Assembly: GCA_000002445.1 (NCBI GenBank)
Contig: CM000208.1
Coordinates: 2,144,001-2,208,000 of the forward strand
Length of the DNA: 64,000 nucleotides
Reading direction: 5' to 3'
Source: Trypanosoma brucei
Taxonomy: Eukaryota
In this document: positions 53,526-63,911 of the stretch, in pieces
Layout of the letters: the number at the start of each line of letters is the position of its first letter
Numbering within the stretch: the first letter of the stretch is position 1
Program-made: the position numbers and the translations under genes
Notes under the pieces: model-generated
Databases searched by the model: none
Told to the model about the DNA's origin: nothing
Seen by the model: the letters and a program-made list of their open reading frames with translations, nothing else

Positions 53526-54956
53526 ATGATGGGTGATGCTGGTAGTTTCTGCAAGCGTGGTCCCGAAGACTTTAAAGTTGGAGTACCGGACAACGCAGTC
53601 CGTTCCGAGGGCCGTATCACGTTGGGTGACTACGTCATGATCACTGGTGGTGGTATGAAGCGTATTGTGCATGTGCAGGCGGGTGGTAAACTTCGTCTTG
53701 GGAGCTCTGGGTCTGTGCAGCTTGACAAGCTTGCTGGTGTGCGGTTTGGTGAGGTGGTTTACTATGACCCGAGGAGTCGTGTTTTTGTCCCCACCAACGA
53801 TTACCCAGATCTCGACATTACAACCTTGGAGGAGCACATCGAAGACGGTAGGGACAACCGGCACTTAGTTGACGAAAATAAAAGTCAAGTTTTATCTAAC
53901 GAAGAGATTGCGGAGATGCGTCGAGAAAAGGGTGTGGATGTGTTTCTCAATACCCTTGTTGAAAAGAGTGCGACGTTCCACGCCAAAACCGCGTACTCGC
54001 AGGAGAAATACTTGCGTAAGAAGAAGAAGCGCTACGGTGTTCTTTACAAAATTGAGCGTGTTACGCCCGATGGGGTGGCGGAGACATATTTGCCCACAAT
54101 TAACCCGACAGACGTGGAACCCGAGTCGCGGGTGCTCAGGTTGCGTGCGGACACGCTGGCGCTGATTCTACATCACAGTGATGTACACAGTGGCAGCCGC
54201 GTTATCGTCTATGATAAAACTAATGGTCACCTCGAGGCGGCGTTGCTTACCCGCCTCGGTAGTGATGGTATAATATTCCAAATAATGGACCGAACGGCGC
54301 AACCTAACATGTTCCCTTCGCAAACGATGGGCATAGAGAACGTCCGGGAACTGTGGAAGGCGGTTCCCCGTAACGCTGCCTTCTTGCGCGGGGAAGAGGA
54401 CACAGAGAATGAAGAAAAGGCGACAGAGAAGGTTAATAAGAGGGGCAAGGAGGGGGGAAGCGAGGTTTCTCAGTGGTTGCGTGGGATCGACGCCCGCCGC
54501 ATGCTGCAGGAGCGGCCCGCCGATTCGCTTATTATTGTTGATGACGAAGATGACGCGCCGGCTGCACTCGACGATTTGTTGCCCTTTGTAGCATTGAATG
54601 GTCACATTGTTGTGCATAGCCCCTTTCTTGAAGATTTGACCGCGCTGTTTACGAAGCTTCGGGGAGAGTGTGTGAACATATGCATTTCCGAGGTATGGTG
54701 CCGCCATCATCAGGTACTTCCCAACCGCACTCACCCTACGGTTCGGATGAGCACAGCGAGCGGTTATCTGTTGACAGCGATTAAGGTAAACGAGAGTACC
54801 ATTAACTGTAGTGGTGCTGGTGCACCACAGTCACCAATCGAAGAGGTGACCCCATCAGTTCCTGCGGAGGTTCCCGCGGTCGATGGGAGACTATCGCGTA
54901 AGCATCCAAGAGCTCAAGAAAACGGTGAACAAGAAGGAAATCTTTCAGACTCGTAG
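53526..54956 (+). CDS. TRM6: tRNA (adenine58-N1)-methyltransferase non-catalytic subunit TRM6 (Gcd10 family)
   Basis: The ORF-track start at 53514 is GTG; the first ATG is at 53526. 'DNRHLVDENKSQVLSNEEIAEMRREKGVDVFLNTLVEKSATFHAKTAYSQEKYLRKKKKRYGVLYKIERVTP' aligns with human TRMT6 'DNRNIVDDGKSQKLTQDDIKALKDKGIKGEEIVQQLIENSTTFRDKTEFAQDKYIKKKKKKYEAIITVVKPST'. The C-terminal 'SEVWCRHHQVLPNRTHPTVRMSTASGYLLTAIKV' aligns with 'SETWLRNYQVLPDRSHPKLLMSGGGGYLLSGFTV'. Confidence 0.8.
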   Translation: MMGDAGSFCKRGPEDFKVGVPDNAVRSEGRITLGDYVMITGGGMKRIVHVQAGGKLRLGSSGSVQLDKLAGVRFGEVVYYDPRSRVFVPTNDYPDLDITTLEEHIEDGRDNRHLVDENKSQVLSNEEIAEMRREKGVDVFLNTLVEKSATFHAKTAYSQEKYLRKKKKRYGVLYKIERVTPDGVAETYLPTINPTDVEPESRVLRLRADTLALILHHSDVHSGSRVIVYDKTNGHLEAALLTRLGSDGIIFQIMDRTAQPNMFPSQTMGIENVRELWKAVPRNAAFLRGEEDTENEEKATEKVNKRGKEGGSEVSQWLRGIDARRMLQERPADSLIIVDDEDDAPAALDDLLPFVALNGHIVVHSPFLEDLTALFTKLRGECVNICISEVWCRHHQVLPNRTHPTVRMSTASGYLLTAIKVNESTINCSGAGAPQSPIEEVTPSVPAEVPAVDGRLSRKHPRAQENGEQEGNLSDS

Positions 54957-56085
54957 CAGCGTCAGCATTTCAGTGCCTTATCATCGTGGTTCTACAACAA
55001 ATCAGCGAATTCCACTCACCGCCTCCGCTGGAGAACAGAGGAGTGAGTGACCTAGCAGTAAAATGGGTTTGTTCATTAGTTGTTGTGTTCGTTTATTTCG
55101 TTTGTGGTGTACTGACGCCTTTTGAGCACTCTACCTTGCAGAAGTGCTCTTGGGTGTTATGATTAGCTTCGACTTCCCTCTTTTTCTATTTTTTCCACAC
55201 GCACGCACATGCACATACATACCTTGCATGTAAAAGAAAGGTACACGGCCTTACAAGCGTCTTCCATACGCCTGCAAGCCAAAACAAAATCACCTCGTGT
55301 AAGATTAACTGGCGGTTGACCGCTTAAAACAGCACAGCTTTCGACGCGTTCAGAGGAGGAAATTGAGAGTAATATCACCCAGGAAATGATTTACGACATT
55401 ACCACTCCGCAGTACCAGCAGTTCCTCCGCTCATGCGGCCGCCGCCGTGAGGATTACGTGAAGGGATCGTCCACAGGTTTCTCGGGTAACAAGCAGACCA
55501 CGAAGCCGGCGGGAGCTGCAAGTACTGGGCTGTAGCGTATAACCCACCATTCCGGAAAGAGGAAGAGAAGTACATATGGGATGAGGGCCGTTACTTCAGT
55601 ACGAAAGGGTTCTGCAGGAAGAATAAATAAAAGGAAGAGAAACGTATTTCCTTCCACTACTCTCGTTGGCCGGCTTAGTGCTAATAAAAGCAAAGCTATC
55701 TTCTTGTTCGACCTGGTTGGCGGATCGGCGAAGCAAAATGATGAAAAAAAATAATAAGAGAAGGAGAAATTCAGACACTGCTAAAAGAGGATGGGGTATT
55801 TTACGGAAGAGAGGGGAGAACTGAAGAGCAACAAAAGAGAAATATGATGATTTTTCTTTTCTTGAGGTTAGCCTCGTTTTTGTCAGTTAACTTAGTTCTC
55901 CCACGGCGCTGTACGTCGTTTCAATCGGAGATGCCTCCATCCTTTTCCATTGATGAGTGCTCGGTTCTTTTTCATTATTTTTAAATTTATTTTGAGGGTT
56001 CTCTTTCCGTGTTCTCAACATGGCTTTTGTAGCGTTAATAAAGAGTTGGGTAGAGGGGGCGTAAAGGAGAAAAAGGAAGGTAAAA

Positions 56086-56601
56086 ATGAAGCGATTTTTT
56101 GACAAGCTATACCACACCACTGGCTTTATCGTGGACCCAAGTCAGCGCAGCGTCGCTAGCCACGTAAGCTCTCTGTTGTTGCAGGGCTCCATAGCCTTTT
56201 CTTTATTAGGAACGATTGGCGTAGACACCTCACCGCTAGTTGCAGCTGCAGGGGTGATTGGTGCTACTGCTGGATTTGCCTGTAAAGATTTTGGTGCTAA
56301 CTTTATAGCGAGTATTGTTCTGAGCAGTCAACCTTCTTTACGTACTGGGAACAGAATTTCAATAGGAACCGGTGCTGGCGCTGTCAAGGGGGAGGTGGTC
56401 GACTGGGACACTCGGTACCTATATCTTCGCACTTCGGAGGGTCACCTCTTGCATGTGCCCAATAGTATGATTCTCACTTCAATCGTAACGTGGGAGAGTA
56501 GTGAGAGTAAGCAGAGGTTGGGGGGGAATGAACCACAAGGTTATTCGCCCACACCGCCCCACACAGTGCCATGTAATGATTCTGCTTCTGGAACGAAGTA
56601 A
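56086..56601 (+). CDS. MscS: Small MscS-like mechanosensitive ion channel
   Basis: 171-aa ATG-initiated ORF, bounded upstream by an in-frame TAA at 56062. It has two hydrophobic helices plus 'VAAAGVIGATAGFACKDFGANFIASIVLSSQPSLRTGNRISIG...GEVVDWDTRYLYLRTSEGHLLHVPNSMILTSIV'. This matches the MscS pore-helix/beta-domain core (lGvgfAlqdtlsNfaaGi.il..rPfkvGD.I.v.g..G.Ve.I.lr.T.lrt.dg..v.iPNs.l). The size is comparable to the ~165-aa trypanosomatid MscS channel. Confidence 0.7.
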   Translation: MKRFFDKLYHTTGFIVDPSQRSVASHVSSLLLQGSIAFSLLGTIGVDTSPLVAAAGVIGATAGFACKDFGANFIASIVLSSQPSLRTGNRISIGTGAGAVKGEVVDWDTRYLYLRTSEGHLLHVPNSMILTSIVTWESSESKQRLGGNEPQGYSPTPPHTVPCNDSASGTK

Positions 56602-56941
56602 AGTTAGGTAATATTCAGTTGTTTTTTACAACGCCCCTTGCGTGCATAGGTGAAGGTGTAAGAGCGATTGGGGAAATTGTAGAGGCGTATGTCCATTATC
56701 GGAAGAAACGCAAAGGGGGTTGATTTGTTTTTGGTGGGTGACTAACTTGACCGCGGCGTGGTCGTTAATAAAATACTTATAGCATGGCTATCATCCGTGA
56801 CAACGTGACGACTGACATACCTTTTTCACCCTTCTACTTGCTTGTTGTTTATAGCAGTTGAATACGAACACACCGTTCTACAGAAAGGTCTGGAAAAGTA
56901 AGGAGAGTGGTAAGAATTTGCTTCTTCTATGGTTGTTGAAT

Positions 56942-59900
56942 ATGGCGTCGCTCTGTTTCACTGACGTTGGTACGCTTTGCAGGGACGTTGAACCGACGCG
57001 ATCGTTTCCCGCGTCCCCAACTTGCATCGAGGTGCTGTCAGGGGTACATCTTATCGCATCCGTAAACGCCCGAGCGAACCAATGCATAGTAGAACTTTTG
57101 GTTGGCGATAAGGTTGCCGATACTTTTAGTCGTGCAGGGTCCGAGGAACCAGGTAACAGCGGCAGCCGTTTATCCACCCCTACGGGGGCCGGGAAAACAC
57201 CCAATTTCACCGTGCCAACAGTCGATACTGCAGTGAAGGAGTGGCTCGATGCACTTCGAGCCAGCTTCCGTACGGCCAAAGTGTTGGATGTGCTTAAGGA
57301 GGATGAAGGCGTCGTCACGGCCATTGAGTTCGTTCGTGACGTCACAAGAGCGTCAAGCGGCGGCGAGGCAGAGCAGGAGGGAGTAAATAGGTCAGTAAAG
57401 CGTCCATATGTGCATCTCTTTATTGGCACTTCTCGTGGAACTGTTGTGATATGTAACGCTCTGCGTGGGACAATTATGGCCATCGCGATGTTTCAGGACT
57501 GTAACAGATTTGTACGGCAGGGCAGTCGCCGAAGCTCCCTTGCCCAAGGAGCCTCCGTAACTAGCGCTCAGTGTACCGAGTCTGTTGTTCGATTTGCCGC
57601 TCACATGAGCACTCTGGACACCTTTCTCAATCCGAACGTTCCCCAGAACACATCTGCCGTACATAGTGGGCATCTAAACACAGTTTATATTGTAATGAGC
57701 AGCGGTAGAGTTGTTGCACTCGGTAGGGGGGCAATCGATGTGTTCTTGGAGACAGCAGAGGGGCACTTGGATGGAGCGCGACCGCACTTAGTACTGGAGT
57801 GGGTGGAAAACAGCACCTTCAGTTCGTTTCCTGTAGCCGGACCAGCCGCTCGATTTGCCTCGCATGTACGATGTATTCTTTCCATGTCTGAAGTCGACCC
57901 GAACACTGGTATTCGGCTTCGAGCACCAAGATCAACGGCGGCAACAACGGACCGCTCAATTAAGGATGCCGCATTTTATCTTAGTTGCAAGTGCGATACA
58001 ACGGATGTACTTACCGATGGGCCAGAGAATCGAGAATATCTCCTCCTATGCGGACGCGCCCCTGCTCTCGCCAGCTACGCATGTAAGAGAACTGAAAAGG
58101 GATTTTCAGCCCGCCAGGCAATTGGAGCTGTCGCTTCGATGCTTGGTGGCGTGAAACGTTTACTATGGGCGGGGGGCTCGGAGGGCGAAGGGGATGAATC
58201 GTCTTTCACCGCGAGGGGACTCTCTGTAAGTTCACAGTCCGCCAGAAATGTTTTCCCGGAAGGTGATATGACATTTGATGTTGTTCAAGTGGATCCCACT
58301 TTACAGTGGGTCGCTTGTTATAGTGAGAGCGCAGGACGTATTTACGTATACGACCTAATGGGTGATGCTGTTTGTCAGGTCGTGAAGGGCTGCCGTTCGG
58401 TGGAGTTTCAGTGGCACGTGGCAACGATAGGGGGAAAGCGCATGCTTCTTCTTGTTATCCATCGAATTCTTCGACATTCCGTGGAAATGTATTCTCTTCG
58501 CCTCGGGAGGCGTGTGGCTGCTCGGTATGTTCCTTCAGGGTCCATTTTGCTTCGTTCGGGCTCATCGGTGCTGATCCCGCGGGTTCTGATGCTCGTTCCC
58601 GATGGTGTGGTGACGGCGATAGAGGTGAAACTGGACCGGGCTCACGGTGCTCTGCCCTCCAGCTCGAGTTGCATTTCAGGTGTCACGCTGGGCCGTGGTC
58701 GCTCCGATACGGTCGTTACCGGTATTGACGTACATGGCGGTGTGACGTGTGTGCGAGGAGGGTTTCCAACACCGTATGATGTGTTGGTTGCCGCACTTAG
58801 CCTTCCGCTTCCCAACCCTGTGACGGAGGGTGACTCATTTGACGTATATTGTCTTCGAATCAGCAAGTTGGAGGACGTCATTAAGAGACAATTTTCTCCT
58901 GGAGTGTTTGACGATTGTTGTCTTCCAGTGGGTGCAGGTACAGAAGAGGCAGATATTCCACCGGACGTATCGGCTGCACAGTGCCTAAACTACGTTCAAC
59001 TTCGCTTGGTTTGCGTAGCCAGTTACCGTCGGGCACTGTTTAATGGTGTAAATACCAAAACAACCCAAACTTCCCTGAAGGAGTTCGCAATGCGCAGCGC
59101 TGCCGGGCCGGTTTTTACCGCGCAAGGGGAACTCCACCCAATTTTAAAAGGAATGGTGGGCGATGTTACGGCTGTCCTTCTGGCAAAAAAAGATGAGACC
59201 TGCTTCAGTCACGTCGCAAGCATAATTCCTTCTCTTGAAAAGTTGCTGATGAGGCGCAGCACTGCCTCAGTACCAGAGGGCGATCCTACTGGGCCGGTAG
59301 TGCCCATGTCCTTGGGAGATTTTCTAAAGTTGTTTTATTGTGGTGGCCACAAGCTAGCGTTTCTGCGAGAATCAGTGGGATATGCGAATGGTTGTGTCGA
59401 TTCCTTTGATGAGTGGGCAGAAATTGGGTCCGTTTTCTTTGGTGGTGGTGTTGGTTGTTTTCCGCAACAAGTGGACGTGTTCAACTCTCTTGGATTTCGA
59501 ACGGTTGATGTGGTGATGATGGCATTATGTTGGTTGTGTCGATCTTTTGCACGCACCTTGTCGCCGTCTTGTTTGGGTACAGTTGCGGAGCTCCTCTTCT
59601 TTTTGAGGAATTCGGGAGAGGAGGCGTTCCTTACTGGAGTGGAGGCTATTCCATGCTTGATAGGGAGAAAACATCTTGAAAGAAGACGGTCCGAAGCCCA
59701 CGTATCACTTCTCACTCTTCTTGTATTGCTTCGGCAGCGCGAGAAGCCGTTTGGTTCTGCTTACCGTGCCAGGTATGAGCTTTCATTGAAGCGTCTTTTA
59801 GGCTTGCATTTGATGATAATTCGATATGAGACTCCCCTAGAGGATGGTGATGGGTGGGACTCCCAAACTACGGAAGCTCCCTTGTATTTGAGTTTGTGCG

Positions 59901-61564
59901 ATTTACTCCCGCAGGAAGGTGGGGATGCGTTAAATATTCTCCTCCTAAGGCAATTTCCTCCACCTCTGACCCTAAAACTGTGTAGTGAGATGCCAGGGAG
60001 TAACGTTGTCAAGGAGGCATTAGCAGGCGTGGATCACTTACATTGGGTGAAACAGCTTTTTATGATGAATGCGGCACCTCCACCCTGGGCTGTGGACGCC
60101 CCATGGTACCGCGAGGGGACGTGGGATCACGTTGTATTTTTATCAGAAGTGATTCAGCCTACTATTAAGTTCTTTAAGCTTGTCACACAGGGCACACTGC
60201 CAACGCTCGTTTGGGTTTCCGCTGCCTCCTCCAAGCAGTTAGCCGGTCTCAGCGTATTACTCGTTGTGGGGCTGGCGGTGCTTGAGCGGGAGTTGACTCC
60301 TCTCCGTTGTGAGCGACTTGCATTCCTCACAGACGGCATGCTTCCGGACTCAAACCTGTTTGAGGGAAATGAAACCGAGTTCAGTGATTACTCGCGCCAT
60401 CCTCTGGGAAGTCGGTCTACTCGGGACTACTTCAACAGTTGCCGTGAATTTTTGCACCTGAATATCCAAATGGTGAGGCAATTACTAGGAGGTGATGACT
60501 ATATCCACGGCAAAAAAGTAGCTGATTCGGTGGTTGAATTTCTTTCGGTTGATGACGGGGCAATTTTCCCACTGGTACCAGTAGAGCTCCGTCGATTGCT
60601 TTATTTCTTTACGGTGCACATTTGCGGTAACCTTAGGGGGTTACTGCAGCGTTTAAGGGAGGCCTGTTGTTTCATGGACACAGTTGCGTTCTTTGCCTTT
60701 AAAACGGCAGGATCCCTGTGCTTACCCTCTCTCCAACTCCCTGCAATATCGTGGGTCACGATGTTTGAGGATCGATCGACGGTGTTGTGTTTTCTGAAGG
60801 GGACATGCGCCGATAACCAGGAAGGGAAGTCTTTGCCAACTATGGTAGAGAGGATGAAGGCGCGAAGTGAGCTCGTGAGGATGATAACATTTGCGGACGT
60901 GCTCGACACTCGATCTGCTCTCAGTAACAGTTTCGTTGAGGACCTTTCTGAGGCGCTCGGACTAAACCACGTGGCAGCCGACTTCCACCTCTTAGTGCTG
61001 CTTGATGTTTGCTCAAGGCTTCTCCTTCCAAGCGAAGAGGTGTGTCGATTTCTGAATAACGTGGCCAGTCGTCACTTGGCTGCACTAATTGCGGTTTTCA
61101 ATTGTAAGCTGCTCATTAAATGTTGCTTTGGGTATTATGCGGACGCGAAGAAAACTATTCCAAGTTGTAATCGTCAGGAGAAGCAGCGACTCGCTCTAAA
61201 GGTTCAAGGTCTTGACGATGCAATGTCCGAGGACTTTCGCTGCTGGGTACACTCGAACGAACTTGAGGGGGACGAGGCTATCGGTTCTTCAGAAACGGTT
61301 GACTCCAATAGCAATTCGCAGCTTGAGTACAGGCTGTTTTGGGGTTCAGCGTGGTGTGAAGTGCATTACGCTGGTGTTGTGAAGTGCAAAGTGATGTCGC
61401 GCCTGGACCAATCACAGGATTCAGAGAAGTTGCGAGATTTTCATCGACTTCTCTTTGTACTGGCCCGAACTGCTGCTGAAGGAGCATCGACGCTACCATT
61501 GGGCTTGCGTCGTATCGCATGTGAACTTCCCTCTGTTGCGGCAAGGGTCACGGCGTTGATATGA
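56942..61564 (+). CDS. Very large (~1540 aa) hypothetical protein, possibly an N-terminal beta-rich region followed by a helical solenoid
   Basis: The ORF-track start at 56858 is TTG; the first ATG (MASLCFTDVG) is at 56942, immediately after a polypyrimidine tract and AG (56819-56857). The ORF is uninterrupted over 4.6 kb. No motif recognised. Confidence 0.55.
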   Translation: MASLCFTDVGTLCRDVEPTRSFPASPTCIEVLSGVHLIASVNARANQCIVELLVGDKVADTFSRAGSEEPGNSGSRLSTPTGAGKTPNFTVPTVDTAVKEWLDALRASFRTAKVLDVLKEDEGVVTAIEFVRDVTRASSGGEAEQEGVNRSVKRPYVHLFIGTSRGTVVICNALRGTIMAIAMFQDCNRFVRQGSRRSSLAQGASVTSAQCTESVVRFAAHMSTLDTFLNPNVPQNTSAVHSGHLNTVYIVMSSGRVVALGRGAIDVFLETAEGHLDGARPHLVLEWVENSTFSSFPVAGPAARFASHVRCILSMSEVDPNTGIRLRAPRSTAATTDRSIKDAAFYLSCKCDTTDVLTDGPENREYLLLCGRAPALASYACKRTEKGFSARQAIGAVASMLGGVKRLLWAGGSEGEGDESSFTARGLSVSSQSARNVFPEGDMTFDVVQVDPTLQWVACYSESAGRIYVYDLMGDAVCQVVKGCRSVEFQWHVATIGGKRMLLLVIHRILRHSVEMYSLRLGRRVAARYVPSGSILLRSGSSVLIPRVLMLVPDGVVTAIEVKLDRAHGALPSSSSCISGVTLGRGRSDTVVTGIDVHGGVTCVRGGFPTPYDVLVAALSLPLPNPVTEGDSFDVYCLRISKLEDVIKRQFSPGVFDDCCLPVGAGTEEADIPPDVSAAQCLNYVQLRLVCVASYRRALFNGVNTKTTQTSLKEFAMRSAAGPVFTAQGELHPILKGMVGDVTAVLLAKKDETCFSHVASIIPSLEKLLMRRSTASVPEGDPTGPVVPMSLGDFLKLFYCGGHKLAFLRESVGYANGCVDSFDEWAEIGSVFFGGGVGCFPQQVDVFNSLGFRTVDVVMMALCWLCRSFARTLSPSCLGTVAELLFFLRNSGEEAFLTGVEAIPCLIGRKHLERRRSEAHVSLLTLLVLLRQREKPFGSAYRARYELSLKRLLGLHLMIIRYETPLEDGDGWDSQTTEAPLYLSLCDLLPQEGGDALNILLLRQFPPPLTLKLCSEMPGSNVVKEALAGVDHLHWVKQLFMMNAAPPPWAVDAPWYREGTWDHVVFLSEVIQPTIKFFKLVTQGTLPTLVWVSAASSKQLAGLSVLLVVGLAVLERELTPLRCERLAFLTDGMLPDSNLFEGNETEFSDYSRHPLGSRSTRDYFNSCREFLHLNIQMVRQLLGGDDYIHGKKVADSVVEFLSVDDGAIFPLVPVELRRLLYFFTVHICGNLRGLLQRLREACCFMDTVAFFAFKTAGSLCLPSLQLPAISWVTMFEDRSTVLCFLKGTCADNQEGKSLPTMVERMKARSELVRMITFADVLDTRSALSNSFVEDLSEALGLNHVAADFHLLVLLDVCSRLLLPSEEVCRFLNNVASRHLAALIAVFNCKLLIKCCFGYYADAKKTIPSCNRQEKQRLALKVQGLDDAMSEDFRCWVHSNELEGDEAIGSSETVDSNSNSQLEYRLFWGSAWCEVHYAGVVKCKVMSRLDQSQDSEKLRDFHRLLFVLARTAAEGASTLPLGLRRIACELPSVAARVTALI

Positions 61565-61853
61565 TTAGGTGGTCATACAAGTTGATGTGTGGTGTCCTGT
61601 TGTAAATTTGGTACGTTCCTCGGTGGATCACACGTCTATGTGTTCTACTGATACATGAGAAGTTGATATCGTTTCCGATCCAGTGTTGAAACGTTTGTTT
61701 TTATTTTCTTTTACTTTTAGTTTTTCTCGTCGCACGTGGTATGCCATGTGCTCTAGTGATCAGTACGAAGGTTGTACGGGCTTCTCTTTACTGTTTGTGA
61801 TTTGCATGTTTTTACCCCATATTACCATTGTGTGACGCCTGTTTTCCATATTT

Positions 61854-63911
61854 ATGTTTCCACCTTGTCTGAAGCAAAGTAATCAGAAAAGAGGGTGTGT
61901 GTGGGGTGATATGACTGTAGTCGAGTCTCCTTTCACCATGCATGACCGCGAGCGGCTGGTCGGGATTCGTTTCTCTTTGCTTAACGCACACTTGGTGGGT
62001 CGCGAAGGGATCGGAGCGTTCAAGCGCCTAGTGGTGTCCATGAAGACACTCTACTCAGACTTTGTGGTGAGGGAGTTGTCACTTCTGTACAACGATGGTA
62101 AACCCCTCGTATTGGAGTCGTTGCAGCACACCGAGGCAGATGCCAAACCACACGATACGGTAGGAGCGAAGAGGCAACGGGATGCGGAGTCAGGCGGCCG
62201 TGATGGCGTGGCTGATATCGGGGAAGTGGCACTAGAAGGCATTCGCGCGAAACTTGAGGGAGTTGTTCCTGCCGAAGAACTGGACTCCGTGACGAAGTCG
62301 CTATGCGCCGGGGAGCCCTCAGTTACACTCCGATGTTCCCTCACGAAACCCCAACGTACCCGGATTCACGAGGTGGTGAGAGAGCTTCTTGGCGGGCGGT
62401 ACATTAGTCGAGCGGAGAGCGGAACCCTTGTGATCGAGAGGGCAACGCATGCAACGAGGCGAGCGGATGAACGGCGTCTGAATCCAGTGCGAAGTCAGAA
62501 GTTTCTACATTTCACTCTCTACAAGGAGAATATCGATAGCAACCATGCACTTCGGGAAGTGGCTTCGTACCTCCATGTGCCTACCCGGAGTCTTCTTTTC
62601 AGTGGAACAAAGGACAAACGTGCTGTGACTCTGCAACGTGTCGCAGTGCGTGGAGTGTCACCAGAAAAACTGATAGGAATCAACAGTCGATCTTTTGGAC
62701 AGGACCGCAAGGTGAAGGTGTGCAGTTTTAGAACGATGGACCACGGGTTGCGCCTTGGTGACGCTGTGGGCAACCATTTCCTTATTGCCCTTCGACTTTT
62801 ACCTGAAAGTCGGGACATCGATTCCGACACTCTGAACACTGTTGAAAGCACCATCAACCGCGAAGGTGTGGTGAACTACTTTGGTACCCAACGATTTGGG
62901 ACAACTGACGTGCTTACAGGTGATGTTGGTATTCAGCTTCTTTCGGGTCACTTCGAAAATGCTCTACGACTGGTATTTCGCTCAAAATCAATGGTCGAGC
63001 CGAGTATGCTTGCCGCAGTTGATGCCCTTGAAAAAGGGTCCTTTGAGGAAGCTGTGAAACTTGTACCGCACTATTGTCACCAGGAACGCGATATGCTGAA
63101 CCACTTGGTAGACTCCCCTAACGATTTCCTCGGTTCCTTTTCCAAAATTCCTCGAACAATGAGCATGATGTACTTCCACGCAGTACAGAGCCTAATATGG
63201 AATATTATGGCTTCCAAGAGGTTGGAAGTGGGTGTGGTGCCTCAGGTTGGCGACTTGGTACTCAAATCCCGTTACACAGCCCGGTTGAGGTGTAATCAGC
63301 AGTCCGATTGTCTTGAGGGGCTTGATTTAAGCGCAAACGAAATGGACGACACAACAGAGGAAAAGGAGAGGGGCCTTCCTGAAGTGGTTCATCTCACCAC
63401 TGAAGACGTGGCAACAGGCCTCTTTCAGATAGCGGATATTCTTCTTCCAGTACCAGGCCCTGACGAGAAACTGCAGTACCCCACTGTTAGCGCATGTGAT
63501 CGCAGTGCCTATATTGAAACCCTTGCTTTGAAGGGGGCTGAAAGCCTTGTGAGGGCTAGCAACCCCCTTGTGAAGTTGTTTCATTACCACGGAGCCTATC
63601 GACATCTTGTTGTGAAACCTAGGGGGTTCAGGATGCGTCTTTGTAATACAAAAAGCTTACGGGAGCCGATTATTCCCACGGACCTCGAGCTTCTAACGGG
63701 CAGCAAGGGATGTGTAGAAGAGGCCACTGGTGCGTCTGTCAGCAATGGAGATGGCACCAACTTGCCGTGTAAGGCGATTGTGGTGGAATTTTCCCTTCCT
63801 CCAGGAGCGTACGCCACGTGTGTGCTGCGTGAATTCTGTGACTGTCGTACGGAAGGGTACCATCGCGCATCGTCGAAAGCCGCTGGAAATAGTGAGCCAT
63901 CCGCTGGATGA
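61854..63911 (+). CDS. PUS7: tRNA pseudouridine synthase, Pus7/TruD family
   Basis: The hallmark TruD/Pus7 motif 'VVNYFGTQRFG' is present in the translation. The 685-aa length is typical of eukaryotic Pus7, and a conserved Asp-containing block lies upstream. ATG-initiated; an alternative internal start is at M20. Confidence 0.8.
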   Translation: MFPPCLKQSNQKRGCVWGDMTVVESPFTMHDRERLVGIRFSLLNAHLVGREGIGAFKRLVVSMKTLYSDFVVRELSLLYNDGKPLVLESLQHTEADAKPHDTVGAKRQRDAESGGRDGVADIGEVALEGIRAKLEGVVPAEELDSVTKSLCAGEPSVTLRCSLTKPQRTRIHEVVRELLGGRYISRAESGTLVIERATHATRRADERRLNPVRSQKFLHFTLYKENIDSNHALREVASYLHVPTRSLLFSGTKDKRAVTLQRVAVRGVSPEKLIGINSRSFGQDRKVKVCSFRTMDHGLRLGDAVGNHFLIALRLLPESRDIDSDTLNTVESTINREGVVNYFGTQRFGTTDVLTGDVGIQLLSGHFENALRLVFRSKSMVEPSMLAAVDALEKGSFEEAVKLVPHYCHQERDMLNHLVDSPNDFLGSFSKIPRTMSMMYFHAVQSLIWNIMASKRLEVGVVPQVGDLVLKSRYTARLRCNQQSDCLEGLDLSANEMDDTTEEKERGLPEVVHLTTEDVATGLFQIADILLPVPGPDEKLQYPTVSACDRSAYIETLALKGAESLVRASNPLVKLFHYHGAYRHLVVKPRGFRMRLCNTKSLREPIIPTDLELLTGSKGCVEEATGASVSNGDGTNLPCKAIVVEFSLPPGAYATCVLREFCDCRTEGYHRASSKAAGNSEPSAG

